A DNA stretch of 64,000 bases. Source: Eledone cirrhosa (Eukaryota). A program made the position numbers and the translations under genes. The notes beneath the pieces are model-generated. The model was not told where the DNA came from. It searched no databases and saw only the letters and a list, made by a program, of their open reading frames with translations. Positions 11,090 to 22,667 of this stretch are shown piece after piece (within the stretch, counting starts at the first letter, position 1; each line of letters starts with the position of its first letter). Location: NCBI GenBank assembly GCA_964016885.1, contig OZ024744.1:39122001-39186000 (forward strand). The letters are read 5' to 3'.

Positions 11090-11372
11090 TCATCATCATC
11101 ATTTTACGTCCACTTTTCACTGCTTGCAAGGGTGGGACGGGAACTTATTCTGGCTTGATTTCTACAGCTGGATGCCCTTCTTAACACCAACCTCATTTAC
11201 AGTGAGTGCTGGGTGCTTTTTTCCGTGGAACCCCCATGACCACTTTGCAGTGGAATGATAAGGAGCCCAGTCCCTATCATCTCATTTCTACAGCTGAGTA
11301 AAGTGGAAAATGTGAAATAAAGTGTCTTGCTCAAGGACACAACACATCACCCGGTCTCGATAGCAAGGCCAA
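11090..11372 (-). mobile_element. Partial tRNA-CORE SINE with RTE tail
   Basis: Same family as 3827-4214, with the head partly deleted. Confidence 0.8.
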
Positions 11373-12856
11373 TATATATATATATCACAAATGGTAAGAG
11401 CTCAACCATCATACCCCAACTCTCTAGTTTGTGTGCATGTATGTATAATCGTTACATTCATTTTTCCATGCTGGCATAGGCTAGACAATGGTTGGAGATT
11501 ACCCTGGTTTTATGTGGTACTAAGTAACTGAGACTCCTTCTGAACAAGTTGCCAGTCCATTGTAAAATTGATCCCAACTGCTACAGCTCATTTCCAGCTG
11601 AGTGAGCTGGAGCAATGTGAAAAGATGTGCTTTGTTCAAGAACACAATATACTCCTAATCAAGAGATCAAATCCATGACCTTACAATTATGAGACCAACA
11701 CTAATTCCTAGGCTAGACTCTTTCATGCTGAATTTATCATAATCATCATTTTACATTTGCTTTCCATGTTGGCATGGGTTGGATCGATTGTCATGGTGCA
11801 AGACTTAACTGGTCAAGGAACAATGTCTTTCTCCTACATTCCATATTTTGGCATGATTTCTATGGCTAGATGACCTTCCTGAAGTCAACCACTTCACAGA
11901 GCATACCAGGTGCTTTTAACATGGCACCAGCACTATAAATGTTTGGAGAATAATGCTATCATTAACACTTTACAGAATGTACTGGGTGCATTTTATTGTG
12001 GCACCAGCACTAGAGAAGCTGTCATATTTTCAGCTAAACTAAAGAGTCCTCTCTACTCTATATTGTCCCTGTTCTCAGGTAGATAGTTGGAAATAAAGTA
12101 TTCATTCTGTAATACACTAAACTAGGTCAACCAGTTTTAGAATAATTATAAGTGGTACGGGAAAAGACACTGGGAAGGAGGATAGACAGGATGCACCACC
12201 TCCCCTATCCACTATTCAAATATTTTTCATGCCCCCTTCAACAAATTTCTTTTATATTTTCATAATGATATCATAAATATTCATTCAGAATTTTAAATCA
12301 CAGAAAAGAACACTATTCATGTTTGGTAGAGAAAAACTATGTGGAAGCCTGTTATGTATATATATATATATGCATGTGTGTGTATGCATATTGCTGAAAG
12401 CATCTGGAACGGTGGGACACACTATGGTCACCCGGATAGTAAACCAAGTCATACAGAATGGGGTTGTTCCGAAGGACTGGCGTAGCAGCATCATCATTAA
12501 CTGCTACAAGGGTAAAGGAGATGCCCTAGATAGGGGAAACTATAGAGGCATTAAATTAATCGACCAGGTCATGAAGGTCACAGAAAAAGTAATAGCGCAA
12601 CTAATCAGAGAGCGAATTGATCTAGATGAAATGCAGTTCGGGTTTGTGTCAGGTAAAAGTATCACAGACGCTCTTTTCATTGTACGACAACTACAGGAGA
12701 AGTACCTAGCTAAAAGTAAACCCCTATACTTAGCTTTTGTTGACTTGGAGAAAGCCTTTGACAGAATCCCCCACTCCATTATCTAGTGGGCTCTTAGAAA
12801 ACTAGGTGTTGATGAATGGCTTGTGAGAGCTATACAAGCCATGTATAAAGAAACAG

Positions 12857-12950
12857 ATTGACTTTGCCTTTCATCCTTACGGGGTCGATAAAATAAAGTA
12901 CCAGTAATGAACTGGGTAATTGCTGGCCTTGTGCCTAAAGTAGAAACAAA
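12857..12950 (+). mobile_element. 5'-truncated SINE inserted in the RTE ORF
   Basis: gactttgcctttcatccttacggggtcgataaaataaagtaccag...ctggccttgtgcctaaagtagaaac; same family as 815-1268. Confidence 0.85.
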
Positions 12951-13097
12951 TAATAAATAGGAGGGGGCTAAGGACGGAGCCCTGATGAACACCAACCTTT
13001 ACGCTAAACTCTTCACTATAACGAATATAGTGAAGAGTTTAGCGTAAAGGTTGGTGTTCATCAGGGCTCCGTCCTTAGCCCCCTCCTATTTATTATT
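12949..13097. repeat. Perfect 72-bp inverted repeat with 5-nt loop
   Basis: 12949-13020 is the exact reverse complement of 13026-13097; the loop is acgaa. Confidence 0.95.
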
Positions 13098-14635
13098 GCC
13101 CTCCAGGCTATAACAGAGGAGTTCAAGACCGGCTGCCCATGGGAACTCCTATATGCAGATGATCTAACGCTCATAGCTGAATCAATGTCCGAACTAGAGA
13201 AGAAATTCCAAATATGGAAGCATGGCCTAGAATCAAAAGGTCTTAAAATTAACCTGTCTAAGACTAAAGTTCTAGTTTGTAGGAAGGAAAATAGGGCACC
13301 AGTTCCATCTGGGAAATGGCCATGCTCAGTGTGTAGGAAAGGAGTAGGCAGAAACTCCATTTTATGTCCCAAATGCAAAGTATGGGTGCATAAAAGATGT
13401 AGTGGGATCACAGGTAAGCTAACTAAGAATATAGATTTTATATGTGGCTGGTGCTCTGGTGCAATAAGTAGCAGCAAGTGCCCACAGAATACTAGCTCAT
13501 TCCATTGCACAGATGGTTCTATAGAAATAGTGGACACCTTCCGTTACCTGGGTGACAAAATCAGCAGTGGTGGAGGGTGCTCCGAAAGTACAGTAGCTAG
13601 AGTCAGAACGGGATGGAAAAAGTTCAGAGAGCTTATACCACTATTGGCCGCTAAAGGGTTCTCTCTAAAAATGAAAGGCAGGCTGTATGATGCCTGCATA
13701 CGAACAACAATGTTGCATGGCAGTGAGGCCTGGGCATTGTGTGCAGAGGATATACGCAGACTGGAGAGGAACGAAGCTTGCATGTTCCGCTGGATGTGTA
13801 ATAGTAATATACGTGAACGGCAAAGCATAAATGAACTAAGGGTGAAATTAGGAATAAGAGGGATCAGATGTTGTTTACTCGAGAGAAGACTACATTGGTA
13901 TGGTCACGTGATGCGCATGAAAGATGACAGCTGTATAAAAAAGTGCAGGGCGATAAAAATAGACGGTAGCCATGGAGTAGGCAGACCCAGAAAAACCTGA
14001 GACGACTTGATAAATTCCGACCTCACACACTTACACCTCTCCAAGACAATGTCACTGGACCGAGAGCTTTGGCAATACACAGTAATACAGAATACCCGCT
14101 TTGCCTAAGTACAAAGTGAAACCTACTATAGTCAGTAGGCACCTCTAACAAAATATACCCCCGTCCCACTACCCCCACCACATCCACACCACCCCCTTAA
14201 ATGTGAAGTTATGTTGGTACCACAACATCCAGTCCGAAACAAATGAAGTCGTGTAGGTGTCACGACAAAAAAAAACACAGTCCACGCTGTAATGTGGCCG
14301 TGTGGGTAACACGGTAAAAACCTCCCAGTCCACACTGTAAACGTGATTGGTGTTAGGAAGGGCATCCAACCGTAGAAAACCCGCCAGACAGTCCCATACG
14401 AGCAAGACAACCAATCTTGCCTCAAGTGGGAAAACTCCCATCTAAACCCATGCTAGCGTGGAAGATGGACATTAGACGATGATGCTGATAATGATGATGA
14501 TGATAAATATGTGGTTGTGTATATGTATGTATTTATGTGTCTATGTGTGTCCGTGTGTTTTCATTAGTGGTTCAACAAAAAGAGATTGATAAAATAAGCA
14601 CCAAACTAAAAACAAAAATACTGAGACTGATATCT

Positions 14636-15268
14636 TCTTCTCCCACTTATTCCTGAGAGGGTTGTTGGAGCTGAGTCCTCAAGCATGCCATCTAGCAGGT
14701 CTTGCCAGAAGCAACTGTCTACAATTGATCTGGCAGGAACCCCAAGCAAGACCAGCTAAGTTCACGGATATCCAACAATCTTGCTCAGGGTTTATCCCTG
14801 GGTCTCCTGCTGGTTGGTTTTGCTTGTAAAATATGTCCACTGATTCTTTCCTTAAACATTCTGACCATTGTATCAAAGTTGTGATCTCTCAACTCCCTGA
14901 TCTCGGTTGCTTGTAATTGTGATTCTGTTCTTTTGATCATTACTGAAGATGCATGGCCATAAGTAAGGGTAGGTATAAAGACCAAATTAAGTTAGCAAAT
15001 TTGGCTTATTATACCTACTTTCCTTCTTCTGAATGCTGAAACTGGCATAGTCTTGCATTTAATTTAGCCTCCTGCCTCCCATCACTTACAAACACAGCCT
15101 CGAGATGCTTGAACTTCTCCACATGCTACAGTGGAACTCCTCTCACATGCAGAGTGCACTGCACAGGCTTTCTTGAGAGGACAAGTGCCTCAGTATCTCA
15201 GTCTTTGCAACACTGATTTTCATTCCTTCCATGCAACATTCAACAGCAGCCCTATCAAGTGCATCCTT
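14636..15268 (-). mobile_element. Degraded RTE LINE 3' fragment (separate RTE family) inserted inside a SINE
   Basis: EKFKHL, FIPTLTYGHAS..QATE, GRRPRDKP, (GAA)-type tail. Related fragments at ~30210-30410 (-) and ~41050-41490 (+). Confidence 0.75.
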
Positions 15269-15439
15269 TGATTTTGATGCCCCAAAATGGTTACAGTCTA
15301 ATGACTGAAACCAGTAAAAAAAAGAAAAAAAGGTTTTTATCCCACAGATATTGATTCTAAAAAAAAAAATGAAAACTCTTTTAAGTTATTAAGATTTTAT
15401 TTAAGACAAAGAAGCCTCATGACATTGTCAAAAAGCTGA

Positions 15440-15675
15440 TTAACCCTTTTAATACAAAACTGTCTGAAACAAACCTTGGTTCTATTGTGCAAAATTCTTT
15501 GTTTTAAAGTATTTATATTTATCTAAAAACTTCCCATAATAATTTAATGTAAGAAACGTTGTTGTGCTATGTTCCAAACATCAAATTAATAATGAAAACT
15601 TAGTTATTATTCTCAAAATTATTTGAAAATCATAGGCAGTGTCTTTCATTAGAAATATGGTGACAAAAGGAATAA
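15440..15675. mobile_element. TTAA-CCCT-terminated MITE-like element (piggyBac-type ends)
   Basis: Starts ttaaccctttt and ends degenerate atatggtgacaaaaggaataa. Related sequence at ~17640-18088, including ttaacccttt at 17749. Confidence 0.45.
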
Positions 15676-16388
15676 GCCTTGTTGCTTAGACCTGGTTGGC
15701 CATGTGTATGGTTAAAAAGCAAAACAAAGGATTCAAGACATTCCCCTTTCTAGTGATACAAGTCATTTACCTATTAGTGAAATATTCTCAAGATATACGT
15801 CTACATATTATTGAGCATATGAAGCAAATATTTCTATATAACTTGATGAATTCTGTGATGTTGCTAATTTTTCACAACTGCTTGTGAATGCCTGGTACAT
15901 GTGTGAAAAAAAAACTGAAAGATGAATTTCTTTTCTGTGAAACTCTCCAACAAACCACACAAAGGCTCTTGACATAATACAGAAAATAGGAGACATCTTT
16001 GAAAGGAACAATCCCACAGGAAATACAATAAGTACAATTTATACTGATGGAACCCCCACCTACAGTGGGAGTTAAAATAGGTTTCGCTGCACTTATAAAA
16101 CAAAACATACCCAATATTGATACTAATGTATTGTGCTCTTCATAGAAATGCATTGGCTGTGAAAACCCTTCCTGAAAATTTGAATAAATTTATCTGCACA
16201 AAGTTACTGAGGATCTTTATTGAATTCAGGTCTGAGTACTGAATCAACATTTTCCCAAAGTTTTTTGTAATGAGAACATTTAATTCTTTTGCTTCATAGT
16301 GAGGTAGGGTGGTTATCATATGAACTTATTATTTCATTATGGTATCTCACAGATATATTTTTGCCTATTACAGATATATTTTGCCTAA

Positions 16389-16775
16389 ATGACAGCCATG
16401 ATCCATTGGATGTGTGGTGTGACCATTGAGGATGATGTCAGCTCAACTGAGCTCCTGAAAAGATTGCTGATCGATGACCTTGAGGATGTGCTTCACACGA
16501 GACGCGTGTACTGGTATGGCCATGTCGAGAATAGTGAGGGCTGGATCAGTAAAGTGATGAATGTTAGTCCAGGGGGCAATACAAGCCCAAGAAGACTAAA
16601 AAGGACTTGGATGGAGGATGCCCATCGGGATCAAGCTAGGCTTAGCCTGGCCCAAATGGGACTGGTGATCAGAAATACATGGAGGGGAACACTAAGGAGT
16701 GCTGTTAGGCAGGACCCACCCCTACTTAGGGAGTGTCCAGTGTCCAGCATAATAAAAGACTGGATGATGATGATA
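16389..16775 (+). mobile_element. RTE LINE 3' fragment inserted in the hAT fossil
   Basis: MIHWMCGV..RRVYWYGHV..KRTW..WR, (GAT)n tail, possible short TSD cctaa. Confidence 0.8.
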
Positions 16776-17039
16776 TCCTAACCGAGTCAACAAACCACTC
16801 CAAGGAAAAGCAGTAGCCATTCCTTGTTCAAGTAAGTAAAAAGATGAAAGATTTAAAGACAAAGCTGAATTTATGGGTACAGAAAGTTCATTAAAAAATC
16901 TTGCTTAATTTTCCCAAATTTTAAGAAGTCATTAGAGAAGCAACTAAAATAAATGAGGACATCACTATATATTTGAAGATATCGAAGTATTATGCAGTAA
17001 TACAGAAAACCCGTCTTCCTTTGCACTAGAACATAAACC

Positions 17040-17438
17040 CGGTATGCACCTCTTAATCCACTATACCCCCTTCCATACACCCAACATACCACTACACTTC
17101 CTTCCCACTTCTGCCCACACCGCCCTTACACTGTAAAGTTATGTTGATATCACAAAAGCACCCAGCCCACACTGTAAAGTGGTCGTGTAGGTGTCATGAC
17201 AAAAAGCACCCAGCCCACACTGTAAAGTGGTCGTGTAGGTGTCACAACGAAAAGCACCCAGCACACACTGTAAATGTGGTTGGTATTAGGAAGGGCATCC
17301 AGCTATAGAAAGCTAGCTGGAAACAATCTTATAGGAGCAAGACACAGTCACCTGACCCAACTTGTCTCTAATGGGTCAAACCTATCTAACCCATGCTAGC
17401 ATGGAAAATGGACATTAAACAACGATGATGATGATGAT
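17040..17438 (+). mobile_element. Non-autonomous RTE-derived element with ~48-bp tandem units
   Basis: C-rich head, three aaaagcacccagc.cacactgtaaa units, ggaagggcatccagc, and tail aacccatgctagcatggaaaatggacattaaac(gat)n. Confidence 0.8.
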
Positions 17439-20261
17439 AAAGCATTATTTCACAGTAATGCACTGGGTAATTGCTGGCCTTGTGCCAAATGTAGAAACAA
17501 TTATTTCACTGGTTACTTTCTAGAAAACATATTTGCAGAAAGATGGTTATTGATAGCTTTTTCAACTGATTTGTCAAAAATGAAAGATAATGGACCCAGC
17601 AAAAGATGAGTAGATTGATATCAAACCTCTGCTAGTCTTTTCATATAAAACCCATTCAAACCACCTCTTGTTTTATGATACAAAATTGTTTATTTTGTGT
17701 GTTTAATTTTATCTAAAAGCTTTCCATCATAATTTTATGTAAGAATCATTAACCCTTTACCATTTAAACTGTCTGTATCCAGCCAGAATTCTCTCACCCC
17801 TTTCTGTTCAAACCAGCCATAACCAGCAGCTCATACTTATGTTAAAGTATTGTTTTCAAAACAAATAATATCAAAATCTCCTAAATTCAATATGTGAAAT
17901 AAAGTGTTTACTGTGAAAATATAATAGTAAATATAGAGTAATGTAAATGCTAAAGAGGTAAATTATGTTCCAAAACATCCATTTAATAAATAGAAAGTTA
18001 GTTATATTACTAAATCCTTCCAAATTCTCAATTATTTGAAAATTATGAATAATGTTTTTCATTAAAAATATGGTAATAAAAATGTTACAAAAAAATTTGA
18101 TAAGAGTTGGTGTTTTTTTTTGTTTTGTTTTTTTTTGTTGGCATGAAACTTAGAGATTTATTTCGATATCTTACTCAGTGAGACTTTAAAGTACTTATTT
18201 CACTTTGTCACCACATAATGTGAATCATATTGCTATATTTTAGTAGCAAAGAAGGAGAGTGAAAAGCTAGGAACTGAAAGGCAATGACGATGACAACATA
18301 AAGCAAACATTGTCATCAACATTCTCCTGGAATAAATAAACTGGTTGACTCAATGAATCAGCAGAGTTCCCACAGATAATGTTTTTGATATATTTGTTTG
18401 ATCTTGTAAAAAGAAAATAGACACACACAACCATCATCATCAATATCCTCATTTAATGACAGCCTCATAATATATACTGTATATATATATATCTCATCAT
18501 CATCATCATCGTCGTTTTAAGATCTGCTTTCCCTACTAGCAAAAGTTTAAACAAGTCTCCATAAACCAAGTCAGTACTGAAGTAATGCCTACTGATCTCC
18601 CACACAAGCCAAGGCTCTGTTGTCTTGCTTATGTATGGTCTCATGTTCTACCATATGTACAGCGTAGGTTGTCATGTCTTTGACACAACTGAGGGTCCTC
18701 CTAACCTTTTGTATGGCAAGCTTTCTATGGCTGGATGCCCTTTCTATCACCAACCACTTCACAGTGTGTACTGGGTGTGTTTATCATATAGATCACCAAA
18801 CACTAGGAAGGCTGTCATGCCTTGAACCAACTGAAGGGTCCTCCTAACCCTTTGTTTGACAAACTATTCATGGCTGGATTCCCTTCCCATCACCAACCAC
18901 TTCACAAGGGGGCAGTGGTTAGAAGTGTGTGGGGAACACATTGGGTGTATGCAGTGAGGGGGGGTGTAGTGGTGTTGAGGATAGCTGTTAGTGAACTTGG
19001 TGGAAGAGGGGGTTCAGGTCATATTGTAAGTTGCATGGCGGATCTTTACAAACATACACATATACACATATATATGAGGATTGTAGTGTCTTCACAGACG
19101 ATTGCCGTCTCTTATTGGTTCTTCATTGTCATCCCATCTGCGTCCATGACTTCGTAGATGACTTTGTAGGCCAGCTGCAAATCTGTTTGGTTTATGACAC
19201 AGGTGACAGAAGAGAGTTGTGCTTTCCACAGGACCGGTGAGGTCACCCTTTGCATATCACGCACATTGTTTCAGCAGGTCTTTGTTGAGTGGTATTGTGA
19301 GTGGTTGTTCTTTCATATGACTTCAGGTGATTAACATAACAAACTTTGTAAATGTGGTTGGTGTTAGGAAGGGCATCCAGAAGCCAAGCCAGAAACAGTT
19401 CCATATGAGCAAGACACGGTCACCTAACCCAACTTACCTCAAACGGGACAACCCGTCTAACCCATGCTAGCATGGAAAAATAGACACTAATTGATGATGA
19501 TGAAAGTTATGCTGTTTTACTTACATGTATCATCATCATCATTCAACATTTTTTTCCCTGCTAGCAAGTGTTGGAAGGGTTCTCACAGACAAAGTCAGTA
19601 CTCAATCAGTGCCACTGACTTCCCAAGGTAATAAATTTGACTTTGGTTCATTTTCATTGTCATATATATTTTTTTGCTAAATAAATTTCATTTATTTTTG
19701 TTTGATATATTTTTGATGTGAGCATTTGTTTGTTTGTTTTTTGCCTCTTTTTTGTGCAAAAGTTGTTCCATCCTTTTATTTTTCTATGTCAGTGATGAAC
19801 TATTATTTATTTATTTATGCATGCATGGAATAAGGGTGTAAATGATGAAATACACATTAAGCAAAAGTGTGTGAATGACAGAGAAAAGATTGAGAGATCA
19901 CAGGAGGTAGAAGAGGAGTAAAAATTACCCTCTGATTGATGATAAGCAACTGGAGAAATATTGATTATGAAGTGTTTGATTTCTCCCTAATGCCTCATAA
20001 CTGTTGCATCTAAAACAGTCCCTTCACTTCTCTAGATTGTCCTCATACATTAAACCTAATCAATGACTCCCTTTGATATATACAAAGCCAACAATTTCTG
20101 AGTGGATGGGGGTAGTTGATTAAATTGACCCCAAGACTTGGCGGATTTAAACTCAGAATATAGAGAGCTGGAACCGATATTGCAAAGCTTTTTCTTCAAT
20201 ATGCTAATGATTCTGCCAATCCACCACACTCGTGATAAAAATTAATGAACAATAATAATAA

Positions 20262-20800
20262 AGAAACCATTAACCATATTATCTCAGGCTGCCCAGTCTT
20301 AGCCAAAAAAGAATACATCGACAGACATAACAGAGGGACCTACACGCATTGGCAATTATGCCAACACTATGACATACCCACAGACAAAAGATGATACAAA
20401 CACACGCTAGAAAAGGTATCAGAGAATGACAAAGCAACCATTCTCTGGGATATGCCAATACATACAGACAAGGAGATCAGAACAACCAACCAGATATTAT
20501 AGTCAAAGACTTCAAAGAAAAGAAAAATGTCTTCTAATAGATGTATCAATTCCAACAGATGACAACATATCTTCCAAGGAAATAGAGAAACTCTCCACAT
20601 ATAAAGATCTAGAGATAGAAATAACCTAAAAGTGGATGATGAAGACAGAAACAATACCTATAATAATAGGTGCTCTAAGAATGGTAAAAAAAAAACACAC
20701 ACAGACAATTACATAACCAAAACTCCAGGACTTACAAATATATATACACCAAACAAAAATAGCACTACTAAGCACTGTACACATATTATGAAGAGTATAT
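20262..20800 (+). mobile_element. R4/Dong-like LINE 3' fragment (CCHC and restriction-like endonuclease)
   Basis: ETINHIISGCPVLAKKEYIDRHN, ILWDMPIHTD, PDI, LIDVSIP.D.NIS.KE.EKLS.YKDL. Flanked by (AAT)n. Confidence 0.85.
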
Positions 20801-21114
20801 AAGAGTGATAATGCACAAAATAATAATTGTTTCTACTTTTGGCACAAGGCCAGCAATTATCCCAATGCATTACTGGTGCTTTATTTTATCGACCCTGTAA
20901 GGATGGAAGGCAAACTTTAGGCACAAGGCTATGGGGATGGGAAAGTTGATTAAATCAACTCTAATGTGTTACTGGTGCTTTATTTCATCGACCCCGTAAG
21001 GATGAAAGGCAAAGCTAACCTCGGCAGGATTTGAACTCAGAGCGTAAAGGGACGTAACTCTAAAATGTGAAGCATGTTGTCTAACGCAATATTGATACTG
21101 TCAATTCACCACCA

Positions 21115-22445
21115 TATACTCAAAACTGAACTAAATGCAAAGAATAAGATGATTGGCATCAACACTTCAGCAATCCCAGTAATGAGCTACAGCTTTAACA
21201 TTCTGAACTGGACACTAAAGGAACTAGCTGAAATAGATAGAAAACAAGAAAAATAATGAACGCATTTAGAATAGACTATCCAAAATCAGATGCAGAAAGA
21301 TTACACTTACCATGAACACAAGGAAGAAGGGGATTTATGCAACTAGAAAACTCTTATGAAATAACTAATGTAGGACTACAAAAATAGCTATTAAAAAACA
21401 AAGGAAAGCTAATACAAATAGCCACGAAACATAAACAAAACAAAAAACTGTTCTCAGTCTTCAGGAAGCCAAAACATTCAAATCAGAAACTGGACTAACA
21501 GATAATTGTGAGGAAAATGAAAACAAAGAAAAAATAGCAACAGAAATTGTAAAAGATAAAATTTAAATTGGAAACTGACATCCAGAATCCCATGTTAAAA
21601 CGATGGCAAGAGAAATTCTTACATGGCAAATACCCCAAAAAGCTAAATAAAAAGGAAGAGGAGAAAGAAAACACACAAAACTGGCTCCGAAGTACTGGAC
21701 TAAAAGCTGAGACAGAAGGATTTCTGATTGCAGTAGAGGACCAGAGTCTACTTACCAAAAACTACCAGAAGTACATAATAAGCACAATAAGTAACAGTAG
21801 AATATGTGGCGATAGGGAAGAAATAATCAACCACATAGTCTCTGGATGCCCAGTTCTAGCCAAAAAAAGAATATGTCCATGGGCATGATAAAGTTGAGAC
21901 CTTCATTCACTGGAAATTATACCAGCATTATGAAATACTAACAGAAAAAAGATGGTACAAACACACAGCAGAAAAAGGGTCAGAGAATGACAAAGCAACC
22001 ATTCTCTGGGATATGCCAATACATACAGACAAGGAGATGAAGGCCAACTGACCAGATATAGTCAAAGACCACAAAGAAAAAGATTGCCTTCTAACAGATG
22101 TATCTATCCTCACAGACAACAATATATCTTCCAAGGAAATAAAGAAACTCTCCAAATATAAAGATCTAGAGATAGAAGTAACTCGAATGTGGAAATTGAA
22201 AAGAGAAACAATACCTATAATAATAGGTACTCTGGGAATGATAAAAAAACACACAGACAAACACATAACCAAAACCCCAGGACTTACCAATATATACAAC
22301 ATACAAAAGATAGCACTACCAGGCACTGCACACATATGAAAAGTATTATCAACACAATAGAAACATCAGTAGAAACTACACTACTCATACCCAAGGTGCA
22401 CAGAGCTGTGCTCGGTAAAGCAGTAATGATGTGCAATAAAAATAA
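21115..22445 (+). mobile_element. R4/Dong-like LINE 3' half
   Basis: LKTELNAKNK..IN..AIPV.SYSF, LHGKY, WL..GLKAETEGFL.A..DQ, HIVSGCPVLA, RLE motifs. (AAT)n at the 3' end. Confidence 0.88.
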
Positions 22446-22667
22446 TGATGGAAATAATAATAATAATGATTTCTAGTATAGGCACAAGGCCAGTAATTTG
22501 GTGGGAGGGAAAGTCGATTAAATCAACCATTGTACATTACTGGTGCTTTATTTGAACGTAAAGGGACATAACTATGCTGCAAAGCATGGTATCTGACACT
22601 CTACCAATACTGCCAATCCACCGCCCTTAATAAAAATAATAATAATAATAATGATATTAATAATAAA

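Larger units (their letters stand above)
12385..14505 (+). mobile_element. 5'-truncated RTE LINE (RT, PHD insert, C-terminus, composite 3' UTR), interrupted by a SINE and a fold-back
   Basis: NYRGIKL, QFGF, FVDLEKAFD, GVHQGSVLSP, LYADDL, WPCSVC..CPKC..HKRC..CGWC, FRYLG, RRLHWYGHV. Ends in a (GAT)n tail. Confidence 0.93.
15670..18378 (+). pseudogene. Fragmented hAT (Charlie/Buster-type) transposase fossil split by later insertions
   Basis: Colinear motifs: IPLSSDT, LDEFCDVANFSQLL, DEFLFC, TDG, CALHRNALAVKTLP, LLLHSEVGWLS (15670-16330); KPLQGK..KLNLW..FP (16780-16920); C-terminal FVTT..CES..PGINKLVDSMNQQSSH(R)* (18155-18378). Confidence 0.8.

Noticed and set aside
12982-12988. CTGATGA as a hammerhead core
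   Set aside because: It is the antisense of the RT codons for VHQG in the fold-back; there is no stem II-GAAA arrangement.
17128-17312. Repeat-spacer pattern resembling a CRISPR array
   Set aside because: Eukaryotic retroelement context, spacers similar to one another, only 2-3 units, and no cas genes.
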